Assembly (NCBI GenBank): GCA_951406725.2
Contig: OX597823.1
Span: 22,568,001 to 22,632,000 of the forward strand
Length of the DNA stretch: 64,000 nucleotides
DNA from: Octopus vulgaris
Lineage: Eukaryota
Direction of reading: 5' to 3'
The notes under the pieces: model-generated
What the model saw: only the letters and a program-made list of their open reading frames with translations
Database searches by the model: none
Told to the model about the DNA's origin: nothing
Shown: one piece after another, positions 11,939 to 24,835 of the stretch
How positions within the stretch are numbered: the stretch's first letter is position 1
How the letters are laid out: each line of letters opens with the position of its first letter
Made by a program: the position numbers and the translations under genes

Positions 11939-13451
11939 ATATGTTTATGTATGTGTAAATGTATGTATATATGCTTTTATATATGATAACCTTCCACACA
12001 GTTTCCACTTACTAAATTCACTCACAGGACATTAGTTGATCCGGGGTTACAGTAGAACAGGTTTTCTCAATGTGCACCTTGAATTCGAAACCATGTAGTT
12101 GCAGAGTGAGCTTCTTATCTGGAGGCGCCGAGCAATGCCACTCAGTTAATGTTTCGCTGAGATGGTATTCAACCGAAACGCTAACACTCAGGAGTTGTCG
12201 TCAGCAGACTGTGCAAGATCAGATTCCTTTCTCACGCTATTCTATATTTAATCTTAATTAATGAAAATTACTTTACTTAATTTGTATGAATGACAACATA
12301 AATCAACTCATATGACTGGGGAGCGTTCAGTGAATGTCAAAGTGACAAATTACAGAACACGTGACCGCAACAACAACAACAACAACTAATATCTAAATTC
12401 TAAAACAAATCTCTTAATTCATTCCTTTTATTTGTCTTTTTGGATTTCATAATAGACTAATGAACCAATTAACTAATTGTTATTCATTGATATTTAAATA
12501 ATGGATCAACAAAACAAAAGTAATGTATAATAACCACATTGACGTTTAATGTAAATCAAGAAAAGCTTGTTCGAAAATAGAGTTCTTAAAATTCGATAAT
12601 GAAACAAAATTTCTATATTACTGATATGGCCTTCTACTAGAGCTTCTGTTACATCCGCTGCACTTCTATTATTACAACTGCTTCTTAAGGTGATGAGCTG
12701 ACAGCATTTCGTTGGTAGCACTTCGTCCGGCTCCTGGCGTTCCTGAGTTCAAATTCAACCAAGGTCGACTCTACCTTTCTTCCTTTTGGGGGTCGATGAA
12801 ATAATTATCAGTCAAGTATTGGGGTCGATGTCCCTTTCTCTCAAAATTGCTCTCTTTGTGCTATAATTTGAAACCTTTATTACAACTGCTTCTGCGATTG
12901 TTGCTGCTGTTGTCTTCTTCTTCTTCTTCTAATCAGGACTCACGCCAATAGCCACAAAGAATAATCTCTAAATCGAGCCTACTCTAATCTACTAAGAATG
13001 CGTGTGGCAACTTGAAGATCCACCTACCACACGCGATAGACTGGCGGTTGCACGGACGTGAAAGCTACGTTGTTATCCTCATTCCGTAAACGGTGGCTTT
13101 TAACGGGTGGAGAGCTGAACCATCCTGGGGTACAGAGGATTCGTAATCTAGACTAGGGTCTGAAAGTTTACCACACTATAGTGGGTTACACTATGGTTCC
13201 TCTGCCTGTGCAGGCTGCTGTTGTTGCTGTTATAAAAAACCACATTACAACACACTACTTCTCAACTGCTATCTCTACACTACACCACTTCATCACTGCC
13301 ACCTTAATATCACAACACCATCATTGTTGCAACATCACCACCACTTCTCTCAATTATGAAGTATACATTGGTAGAGCCCGCTCATCTTCAAGTTATACAA
13401 ACAATATCTGTATTTGAACTCAGCATCGTCAGCTAACAAACAACTTGTTAC

Positions 13452-14335
13452 CATTGGTTTCAAGTTTTGTTATAAAGCCAGAAATTTCAGGGGATGAATT
13501 AATCTGATTACATCGATCCCAGTACTCAACAGGTACTTATTTTACTGACTCCGAAAGGACGAAAGGCAAGGTCGACCTCAGCGGAATTTGATTTCAGAAT
13601 AGGGAAGATGGGCGAAATACCGCTAAGGTTTTTGCCTGGTGTGCTAACGGTTCTGCTAGCTTGCGGCCTTGCAGCTTGTTAATATTACAATACTGTTGTA
13701 AAGTGGCAAGCTGGCAGAATCGTTAGCACACCGGGCGAAATGCTTAGCGGTATTTCGTCTGCAGTTACGTTCTGAGTTCAAATTCCGCCGAAGTCAACTT
13801 TGCTTTTCATCCTTTCGGAGTTGATTAATTAAGTACTAGTTATGCACTGGGGTCGATGTAATTGACTTAATCCCTTTGTCCGTCCTTGTTTGTCCCCTCT
13901 ATGTTTAGCCCCTTGTGGGCAATAAAGACATAAATATTACATTACTGTTGTAAAGCGGCGAGCTGGCAGAATCGTTAGCACGCCGGACGAAAGGCTTAGC
14001 ATCATTTCGTCTGTCCTTACGTTCTGTGTCCAAATTCCACCTAGGTCGACTTTGCCTTTCATCCTTTTGGGGTCGACAAATTAAGTACCAGTTGCATACT
14101 GAGGTCGATCTAATCGACTGGCGCCTTCCCCCAAAATCTCGGGCCTTGTGCCCAGAGTAGAAAAGAAAAGAATATTACAGTGCTGTTGTAAAGCGACGAG
14201 CTGGCAGAATCGTTAGCACGCCGGGCAAAATGGTCTTTGCGTTCTCAGTTCAAATTCTGCCGAGGTATTATATAATTCAATTATTATATTAACTACCATT
14301 CATCCCGATCGGGATCGATAGAATATGTAGTAGTT
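13452..14335. mobile_element. Cluster of family A SINEs (minus 13452-13670; plus ~13702-13930, ~13953-14165, ~14191-14335)
   Basis: Repeated GCTGGCAGAATCGTTAGCAC heads, each preceded by AATATTACA.T.CTGTTGT. Confidence 0.9.
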
Positions 14336-16590
14336 GAACCCTACATTCTCTTATGTATACTTTAAAAAAAAACAAAGGCTGGATGAAGTTTAAATATGTT
14401 GATGCTCTTTCTAACAGCATTTATGAAGGCAAGAAGCTGACGAGAAGTGAATTTGGTTATTGGGCCATGTCACACTTGAGTGCTTTAGGCGGTCGATGTT
14501 TTGGTAGAGTGTCGTGATACTTTTGTATGCAATAACCTCAGAGTGTAACGTATCACTCTTAGTGTGACATGTTACACTGGGATATATATGTTGGCACACA
14601 TCAATTCAGGCACGACACACACGCGCTAAATCGCTTGCATACACCACACATGCAAGCATAGGCATTCCATTTGATACATACACACAAGCGCACACATACA
14701 CAGATTCATTGATATACACAAAAGCACCATACACTACATAGAAAGGTACACATGTACATACCGGAAAATAAACACATAATAATAAATTATACCATACTTA
14801 CATGAATATTTTAGAGGACACACTCGAAGAAAACAGAAAAATAGCAAAATTGATTAGTTTTCTTGGGTTTTATTTACAAAATATTAGAATATATACAAAC
14901 AGCTTGTGAAATTAAATCAATTAATACAGCTGATAAATCTCCTGGTTTCTTTGACGTTTTTCTTCTCTTTTTTCCGAACGTTTGGTAATTTAAGTTAGAA
15001 GAAAGATATCTTTTTAATTACTTGAGAGAGCAAAAAGAAAGAAGTCTTTCTGTGATCTGTCTCAAAAAAAAATAATAATAATAATAAATAAAATAGGTGT
15101 TAGACAAAATTTAATGATTACACAACGTTTGTTAATCTAGTTATTAAAACAAATGTTGTTTCTTTATTCTTTCAACTGCATGAGATGTTTCACTGTAACT
15201 TGTTCCTAAAACTTGTTAACTTAGCTTCACAAAATGCTTTATTTTTCTTATTAAAGGTCAATGCTACAGAAAAAGGTCAAATTGGGTTAGGAAAAAATTT
15301 AAGATATCACATTTCATCTAAATAAGATAAGAAACAGTTATATTAATTAAATGATTAATATTTCAAGTCTTGTTAGCTGACGATATATGACTTCTACACA
15401 GTGACAACTTTGTCCTTATTATAATGATTGTATTGAAGATATATCTGTGTAACCAATACTTTAAACACTCGCTTGGATGTCTAACTTCAACTCTTTTTTC
15501 TGTCACGGCAATATTGTTACAACAATTATAACTATAAAAAAAAAGGAGATATTGTTTGCATAAAGCAAGGAGATCAAATAAACATAGTTTCACATTTCAC
15601 TATTTTTCCTAGTTTTCCTATATTTCCTAGTTTTCTTTTAAATCCTTAAAAATTATTAATGGCTCTTAAAAATTTTTTAATGTTTCGTTCTTATGAATAT
15701 TTGACGGTTATTTCGTTTCAGCTTCGTGTTTCCTTTTTCGTCTTTCATTTCCCTGCCGCATGTCATTATATTATAGCAGACATTATTTTCTTAATCCCTG
15801 TAGCTTTTCTACTTTGTAATAATATATCAGAAACACTATACAGTGACGAATAAACCGAGATCTTCGTTTAAAGTAGTGTTCTACCTTTTAACGCATTCAT
15901 TTTTATTGCTTAAACCTATAATAAAGTTTTGTTCCACGACATATAATTCAATTATTATATTAACTACCTACAAATTCTTATAAAGCCAAAATTTATTAAG
16001 CTTCGAATATTATGTAAACATAACTAATTTTACATAACTTGTTTTCCAAACAACTCTAATTCATCTAATAATCTATTCACATTTTCAATAATTACTGCAG
16101 ATTATATAATCTCCAACAGCTGCTTGTGCAAGCTTCTACTCTATCCCTTTCTCTTTATTTCTTTATATTAATCTAATTTATTTTCTAACTTCCACACGTT
16201 TTCTTAAAATTTTATGGTATGTCTTGTATTTAAGTCTTTATACGTCGAAGCTAGTGAAACGTTTCTTTAGTACACTTTCTTATCCGAAATTGCAAATATT
16301 TTCTATCGCTTCTTTAACTTAATCTACTTTTTGGTATATTTTAATCATTTTTATTCTAATTTTCCAATGTTTCCTTTTCACATATTTTTTAAAACTTTAT
16401 ATCATATTATATTTATTTTGTGTTTTTATTTTTCAAGTATTTATTCATTTATTCATTCATTTATTTATTTATTTACCTTTTAATTCATCTATTTATTTAC
16501 CTTTTAATTCATCTATTTATTTACTTATTTATCTATTTTGATTTTCACTATTTCAGAATATAGATAATTGCTCTCAATAAGAAATTGTAA

Positions 16591-16808
16591 TATTGGTTTC
16601 AAATTTGGCACAAAGCCAATAATTTCAGGGGAGGTTACTACTCGATTACATCGACCCTAGTATTGAACTGGTACTTATTTTAATTGACCCCGAAAGGATA
16701 AAGGGTAAAGTTGACCTCGGTGGAATTTGAACTCAGAACGTAAAGACGGACGAAATACCGCTAAGCATTTTGCCCGGCGTGCTAACATTTCTGCCAATTC
16801 GACGCCTT
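16591..16808 (-). mobile_element. SINE family A
   Basis: Reverse complement of the family A head and core. Confidence 0.85.
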
Positions 16809-17559
16809 AAAACCTTGTAATATTAATATGACGCAATCCTATAAACGAATATGTTTATTTTATGGCATGCATGTTTTATATACATCTCTTTGCACATCAT
16901 TATCTCGCCTTATAGTCTTCTCTGCGCAGATCTTACCAAGTAAAATGATTCTTTGCGCGATAATAAAGAGAAATATTCCGTCCAGATATTGTAATTTTCA
17001 CGTCACCTTTAATACAAGATTATATAAAAATACATACGCACATACATATATGTACGCGCATACACATACAAATACGCGTATCCATGTGCATGTGTGTTTT
17101 GAATGTAACATATTCCAACGGATCTAATCTGAAACATAATACCACACAGACTGCTGTTTAATTAGCTAACTTCAATTACTTAAGATATTTAGAGCTGTCA
17201 CATCAGTCGTTTTGATAAAAATGAGATAGAGTTAAACATCTCAGAAAAATAGCATCGAACATATGTAAAGAAAATGTATATAACGCTGGGACAGGACTTG
17301 TTTCTTCAAACCGAAATCACATGGTTTTCTTCATTAACCAGCCTCAATAAATGATGTCTTGATAATTGCACGATATTACATCGCAAGAAGAACGTGTATT
17401 TTGATGGGCCATCATTTCAAATGAAATAAATGATAAATTCATTTCAATTTGTTAATCTCTTCTTTTATGGAAAAAGTATCCCCAGAGAACTTAACTGTGT
17501 GGTAAAAAAAAAAGCAGATTTTATCATAGGATTTAGACATGTATGTGTTAAACGAAGTA

Positions 17560-17926
17560 CGAAGTGCGTTCAAAAAGTATCCGACTTTATTTTTTTCCCG
17601 ACACTAATGCCGCGCGGGCAAAATCCTTTGGGTGGGAGGTGACGCCACCCTTTCTGCGCATGCGTGAAACTTTTCGCGAAAGGCCGCTGCGGCTCGCGGC
17701 TATAACGCTTAGAGTACAGAAGCGTAATGCGTGCTCGTCAGAATTTTGCTTTCCGTAAGATGACAGAACGCATCGAGCAGAGACCATAATAAACCCATTT
17801 CTCATCACCAGTGATGATGATCTTCATGAAGTCTGGGTCACCTCCCAACCAAAGGGTTTTCGCCCACGGTGCATTAGTTTTTTTGGTGGTTAAAAATAAA
17901 GTCGAATACTTTTTGAATGCACCCTG
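17560..17926 (+). mobile_element. Mariner-derived MITE (internal deletion derivative)
   Basis: TIRs GTGCGTTCAAAAAGTATCCGACTTTATTTTT / AAAAATAAAGTCGAATACTTTTTGAATGCAC; TA flanks; residual transposase-like start MTERIEQR at ~17760. Confidence 0.85.
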
Positions 17927-18667
17927 TATATTCCAACCGATGTCTACTTCTCTTCTCTGTTTCTTTGTAATCCTAGTTCACCACTTCCTGTTTCCGTTCT
18001 GACTATTTTTCTGACTTATTTTCCAACTCGTTTAGCCAGCACACCTATCTTTCTCTTCTCCATTGTTTGCTCAAGAACATCGTCTAGCACTTAAAGCGCC
18101 TTTTCTTTCTCTCCGATTGCTCCAGTTGCTTTATTGTTTTATGTTGTTTCGTTTTCTTTTATTTATATAAAAAAAATCTTGTTTTATTTAATTTTATCGT
18201 AAATAAATATATAATATTTTCTTCTTTTCTATTCACTAGCCTCAACAATATATCCGTTTCATGTTTTGTTGCTAAGATTCGACTCCATTTTTTCCTTATT
18301 TGTTTCCGACATGCCTTCAATGCATCTTTCTCACAACCGTATCCAATGGTTGTTGATAGCCTTAGGGGACGTTCAAGTGTCGAAACGGTTTTAAATCGGA
18401 GTGAGACAGCTTATGGTCGTTTAATTTTGGCTTATTTTTGTCTTCTGTAATTATCCTCATGCGCTTTTATAGTTTGTGTCCTTTGCTTGTATTTTCGATT
18501 GACCACGAACACAGACATATTGTCAAATATGTTTGTTTTATACATGCATGCATGCATGCATACATACACTACATACATACATACATACATACATACATAC
18601 ATACATACATACATACATACATACATACATACATACATACATACATACATACATACATACATAGGTG

Positions 18668-18940
18668 GTGAATTCGATTCTCGGACTTAGCTGTGTGTTA
18701 TGTTCTTGCGCATGACACTTTATTTCACGTTGCTCCAGTTCACTCAGCTGTAGAAATGAGTTTCGACGTCACTGGGGCCGAACTGTTTCGGGCTTTGCCT
18801 TTCCTTTTGATAACATCGGTGGCGTGGAGAGGGGAGACTGGTATGCATAGGCGACTGCTACTCTTCTATAAACAACCTTGCTCGGACTTGTGCCCAGGAT
18901 TGGAACTTTCTAGGTGCAATCCCATGGTCATTCAAGGCCG
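18668..18940 (+). mobile_element. SINE family D, 5'-truncated, following (CATA)n at 18540-18662
   Basis: GACACTTTATTTCACGTTGCTCCAG central domain plus GGAGAGGGGAG.CTGGTATGC tail; related copy at 54028-54295 minus. Confidence 0.75.
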
Positions 18941-20489
18941 AATTAAATATTGTTATCTGAAAACTTGAATGTTATTTTTTTTATCCATTTCTACAGCCTA
19001 ATGTATCGCAAGATTTTGTTTAACTGGCATGACCCATTAAAATCCACCCATTCAGATTGTACTCATATTTTCATAATGACCTTTAGCCCTAATTATTTGG
19101 CGGTTTTCCAGATCTAATAATCTAACAGTATCCTCTTTCAGTTCCACACAACCACCGACAGGATGACTTCTAAACCAACTGTTTTTACAAATACATTTTC
19201 TCAAATTGCCTCACTAACACGAAAAACAAACGTGATTTTACAAAAAATGCTTTTTACATCCATCCCTCTGGACATTATACGAACTATAAGAATTATCTGC
19301 ACGAACATTAATTGGTACGATTGTAACTAATTGATTTCTTGGCTGTTTACAATATATGTATTTGTGTATGTATATATTTATTCAAGCTTCATTGTTCTTT
19401 TGATCTACTTGTTCATGTTGTGTTCGTTATGTTTTCATTTGAATAATTTCCCCTAAAGATAATTACTTAGCTAATTGCTAAAGCTAGTATCCTATAAGCA
19501 TCCGTTTTACACAGACTCAGCACTATAAAGGATTCCTCTTGATCCAGTTTTTATGTACACAAGTTCTTTTTCTCCAAAATTAAGTCACCTGATGCTGTGT
19601 TTTTAATTAAGTTTATTAATATTTTCAACCGAAGCATAACTTTTTCATTTATCATTTTAATTTCCGTTCTGTGATGTGCAACGCACTGGAACGTCCTTGG
19701 ATGGCTTCATTAATTTATTAATTTTTCTATAGGAACATGTTACTAACCCTTCATTTCTATATTTCTGGAGAAATGGACGCTGTGAGTGATCTTTAGGGTC
19801 ACTTATCACAGCGCAATGTATTCAGTTTAGAGAAATAGACAGAAAGGGAGACGAGTCGGCCGCAGTATTTGACTAGTACCATGTAAGAGCAAAAGGCAAA
19901 GATGACCCCGGTTGGACTTGAAATCAAAGTACAGAGAGTCGAAACAAACAGTGCAAAATATTCTATCTTACTGCATAACGACGCTGTCAATGTGCCTCTC
20001 ACCTTATTTATCAACAGTCAGTATAGCTTTAAACTGTTTTGATCACTAAGATTTTAGTTCTGTTAGTCATTTTCATAGAACTAGTAAACACAATCGTATG
20101 GCTGCTTCTAGCTTACCTTTTCTCATTTTTGTTCACTTATTACTGTGGCGAAAAATTCATTTACTACAAGCTACGTTGATTTAAACCAGCGACTTCCCTG
20201 TTACAAACATGAAGGAATTTTTAATTATTCTTAAATCATAATTACATTTATAATGCATTTTGTAAAGTATTCATAATTTTCCTTACTTTTGTTGTGATTC
20301 TTCGTCTAGCCTTTCTTATTTCATTTACAATTAACATAAATTCCTGTTTGTTTCGCATTATTTGTAATGTCACAAGTTACATGTGTCTACTATAACATCG
20401 TAAGATCTTTCTGAGTCCGATCTCTTTATACATGTTGCGTTTTTATCAAAGTGCAATGTCCTTTTCGGGATGTGATCGTTCGGTAGAAT

Positions 20490-20880
20490 AGAGATGCATC
20501 GTAGATATACTTAAGGAAATATTCATTTCAGTGTATTCCGGCGTCTATCGTGATGACCGACTAGCCGTTTCCAGTAATGCTAGTTTACTTGTAGTAGACA
20601 CATTTAGGAAGGACATGAACCAAAACTTCAGGGCGAAAATCATTATAGCGACTAATATGTACCACCCTGTACTCAATTTCTTATATGTCATCTTAACCTT
20701 AGCACCAACCAATACAAATGTTATTAGAAATTCAAGCAGGATCGTATTATCCGCTCATAATCTTTAAGAACCTATTTATTCAAGAATAATTACAGAAAAA
20801 AAAATCGAGCCTGTCTATAACTGATCTTTCCTATAAGGTATATTTTATAATAAGGAAGCTCTGAAGGCCAATGAATTTAC
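20490..20880 (+). mobile_element. Penelope-like reverse transcriptase remnant
   Basis: GVYRDDRLAV (cf. GLYRDDGL) followed by KIII.TN...NFLYVIL.L (cf. NFLDVTLNL). Confidence 0.65.
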
Positions 20881-20919
20881 GGAAAAGCTAGCAATAACTC
20901 AAACAAGATATTTTCAAGG

Positions 20920-21935
20920 CCTCCAAAAAGAAAACAAACCACAGTCTCTCTCAGACAGGACTTGCTAAACAACAGCAGTAAAAATAAATACATTAGCTTA
21001 GTGTTGAAAAGTGAAGAAAACAATATCTTATGTGTTGGAAGTGAGCTCCTCAGGAAGTGCTCTCTTCTTGATGACCTCCCATACATCCCCAAATCGACGG
21101 GACTGGCACACCTCAAAGAAGATCTGAAAGTGAAACGCTCAGCATTGTAATTAAATAGACCATGCATGGGTATGTTTCCCGTAGACTTGAAGAATATTGA
21201 AACATTATCCAGAAGCGAAGCCTCTCTTGGACTCCTGACCGCTGCATCACACTTCGAAGGCTATGCATTTGCAATCCAAGAACAGTAGATTTCTACTAGA
21301 TACCTCATCAACAAAAGAGACAGCGAAGCCTTTGAAGTTCCAATATGCAACTGTAAATGTAGATTATGTCAAATTTCTGCCGAAGACTTCACACATGATT
21401 AGTAGCTGCTCAAATATGTCATTAAGGTATTAACCCCCTTTGCAATATGATGTCGTCGCAGAAACAATATACAATGACATTTGGAAAAAGACTGTCCTGG
21501 AATAAATATAGGGAATACCCTTGTTATTGAATACGTACACAACTATCAGCACGAGGAATACGAGTGGAATATTCCCATCAAAACATCTGTCAAGTGTAAG
21601 CATAACAGGCCGGGTATTGTTGTTTGGAACAAACAAGAAAAAGTATCTACTGTCACAGAGGTCAGCTGTCCTGTTGATGTGAATATCTCTTTGGAAATCA
21701 AAGAGAAAGAGGATAACTATGGACAACTGCTTCAAAACCTCCAGCCTCTATATCTAGATTGCAAATTTATGTTTATACCACTGATATTTGGAGGACTTGT
21801 TTTTTGTAAATAAATGCCCAACTGTTAGCCTGGAAAGCTTTGATTTTCAGAAAAAGAAATTAACCAACTGACTCGCACATTACAAATACAATTTGTAAGT
21901 AGAACAGTAAAACTCTGCAAGACTTCTCTAACATG
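20920..21935 (+). mobile_element. Degenerate R4/Dong-type LINE C-terminal region
   Basis: SHFEGYAFAIQEQ, CRLC..ED..H..SSC, WNIPIKT..HNRPGIVVW..EVSCP..KEKEDNY. Confidence 0.8.
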
Positions 21936-22149
21936 TTAGGTATATAAACCTCTCTTTATACTCCATTCATTCTTTCTTTTCTTTCTTTCCCAACTGGGTA
22001 GCCATGTCTCTCTATCTTCCTTTCTAACTATCTCTTAATTCCTAGCTTTCCTTTCCTAACTGGGTTACAATGTATCTCCTCCACAGCAAGACAATTGTCT
22101 CTTTTCTTCTGTTATACTCTAACCTTTCTCCGCTCTCAAGAGGTCTTAG

Positions 22150-22470
22150 TCTTGAAAGTTACTTGGTGTTGGTACCACGTAAAAGGAAATTGGTACTGAT
22201 GCCATATTAAAAGCACCCTGTACACTCTATAAAGTAGTTGGCATTAGAAGGGGCATCCAGCCTAAGAAACCATGCTGCCGTGCTGAGCCACATGAAAAGC
22301 ACACAGAACACTTTGTAAAGTGGCTGGCTTTAGGAAGAGCATCCAGCTATAGAAACAATGTGACATCAGACATTGGAACCTGGTATAGTGTTCTTGTTTT
22401 GCCAGCTCCGGTCAAACTGATAAACCTATGCCAGCATAGAAAACAGATGTTAAATGATGATGATTATGAC
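22150..22470 (+). mobile_element. Retroposon fragment with (GAT)n tail (RTE-like 3' end); related copy at ~46510-46658
   Basis: GG.ATTAG.AAGGGCATCCAGC.TAGAAAC...GCCAGCAT.GAAA.CAGA.GTTAAATGATGATG shared with 46510-46658. Confidence 0.6.
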
Positions 22471-22621
22471 TTCAATTGAAGATCGACAAATTACATAATC
22501 AATAATGAAATCATGCTTATGCAATAACTTTCATAACATAACCGACCCCCACCACCACCACCATCAAAAGCAAAGACATTCGGCAGAAGCACGATAATCA
22601 GTAACAATATACGGCAATAGA

Positions 22622-23068
22622 AGGATGGCGAGCTGGCAGAACTGTTAACACGCCGGGCGAAATGCATAGCGGTATTTCATCTACCGTTACGTTCTGAGTT
22701 CAAATTCCGCCGTGGTCGGCTTTGCCTTTCATCCTTTCGGGGTCATTAAATAAGTACCAGTTACGCACTGGGGTCGATATAATCGACTTATATCCGTTTG
22801 TCTGTCCTTGTTTGTCCTCTCCGTGTTTAGCCCTTTGTGGGTAGTAAAGAAATAGGTATTTCATCTGCCGTTACGTTCTGAGTTCAAATTCTGCCGTGGT
22901 CGGCTTTGCCTTTGATCCTTTCGGGGCCGATTAAATAAGTGCAAGTTACACACTGAGGTCGATTAAATAAGTGCAAGTTACACACTGGGGTCGATGTAAT
23001 CGACTTAATCCTTTTGTCAGTCCTTGTTTGTGCCCCCTTATGTTTATCCACCTGTGGGCAATAAAGAA
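22622..23068 (+). mobile_element. Tandem family A SINEs
   Basis: One full copy followed by a partial copy with an internal duplication. Confidence 0.85.
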
Positions 23069-23730
23069 ATAAATATAGAGCAATAGATTCAAAAACAAAC
23101 ATTCATCCAAGTACATTTGTTTCTTTTACTTGAAGTCCATTAACTTATTCATTATATCAGTTTTAACAATTTCTTGCAAAATTAGTATCACATCATTTAT
23201 ATTCATTGGTACCTTCAGATATTTATTCAGTAACACAAAAAACAAACAATACAGACCCATCACAACCACTATAAAGACACCAGACTTTCAGAGCATAATT
23301 TGTAGGATTTTACAATGATACAAATGTACCTGTTGGACTCGCTAAAATGTCAGGAATGACCTTGGGATTATACGATAATTTAAAAAGAAAATAATGTCTA
23401 ACATGCTGTAATAATATACACAAAACTATATTCAGAAATGATTCCAGCATATTTCAATAATGCACATAGTATTCCTTTCAATAGCAGCCAAATCTCCCTT
23501 AAATCGCACCTAAATAGTGAAACAACACGCCACCCTTCGTTGAACATTGTTCCCGCCTGTATGCTATATGTATACTTATGCATATACACTAAAGGGATAT
23601 ATGATATAATGAGATCAAATCAATGTAAAATACGCAATCTTAAAAATAGCGCGTTCGCACTAGTATAAATATATATATATACATACATATATCAAATGAA
23701 ATAAAATAAAAAACAGGACACAAAGGATGT

Positions 23731-23824
23731 CGCGGTACACATGTTTCGAGCTTTATAAAACAACTTATTCTTACAGCAATGTATAATCGACATAACAGAT
23801 AGTTTAAAGCCCTCTTCAGCCGCA
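23731..23824 (-). ncRNA. Type I hammerhead ribozyme with extended stem II
   Basis: Minus strand reads TGCGG-CTGAAGA-GGGCTTTA...TAAAGCTC-GAAAC-ATGT-GTA-CCGCG; intact core, GUA cleavage triplet. Confidence 0.8.
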
Positions 23825-24007
23825 TGCAATTGCTACAACAAAGACTTGTATCACATTATGAAAGGTTTGAGAAAGAACATTTGGTATTATTTATAATGGT
23901 AGGTAAACTGTGTATCACTGAGAAAGTATGTTTGTAAATCTTCATAATCAAATAAGGGTACAGGGTATTATTGGACTCCAAAAATCCGTCCATACCGTTT
24001 TCTTACT

Positions 24008-24042
<35 letters not shown>

Positions 24043-24570
24043 TAATGCAATACAAAGTATTGCCTTCCAGTAAAAAGTAGCCCGTGAGGGAAAAATACAC
24101 AAATTAGTAAATAAATGGCACAACTAAGTATATATTGTGTGTGTGTGTGCGCGCGCATGTATGATTTGTCTTTGAGTTTAAGTTCTTGAGAAAGTTCCAG
24201 CTGGTCGCTAACAGAGCAACAAGTCATTTTAAGCTAAGAGAGTTCCCGGTGTTTGTGAATGTGTGGTTGAGTTGGTGTGTCGGTTGAACTGTCGATGCAT
24301 ACACCCAAGTGTGGGCATCTATTCACATAAGAAACGCAAATAGAGAATTTATGGAAAGCCATACAAACCTTCGCTGTGACTGGATTCTGATGGACACCTG
24401 ACCTCTACAACAGTGTGTGTATATATGAATGTATGTATGTACAATGATGCATATAGGACAACTGAACCCAAAACAAGAGCATATTTTTATCACTAATAAT
24501 CACCATAACTTACATAGTGACTGGATAGCAGTGAGTTTCATGCAGTGGCGCTTATCAGGTTTGATAAGTG

Positions 24571-24611
<41 letters not shown>

Positions 24612-24619
24612 GCCAGCTT

Positions 24620-24835
24620 AATTTAATTCCTCCTTAGTCGAAAGACACCTGTTGTTATGTCCTGTCATTTGTATTTGTGTAACATTCTCCGTTTTTTTCC
24701 GTCCTTGTTTTCGTATGCATTCGCTGCTTTCTTCCAAGGAATCTAATGTTCTTAGCTTAGTTTTTCCTTGAGGCTGGCCAGATTGGAGCAATCTCAAGTA
24801 TAACCACCCGAAATTGCAAAGATAATCTGGAACTC
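24620..24835 (+). repeat. Diverged, 3'-truncated relative of the structured repeat at 60372-60634
   Basis: CCAAG.AATCTAATG...AGCTTAGTTTTT..TTG.GGCTGGCC...GGAGCAA...CCGAAATT shared. Confidence 0.75.

Noticed and set aside
12140-12210. CTGAGATGG...CCGAAAC and reverse-strand CTGACGA motifs
   Set aside because: Core incomplete and stems I/III cannot be formed convincingly
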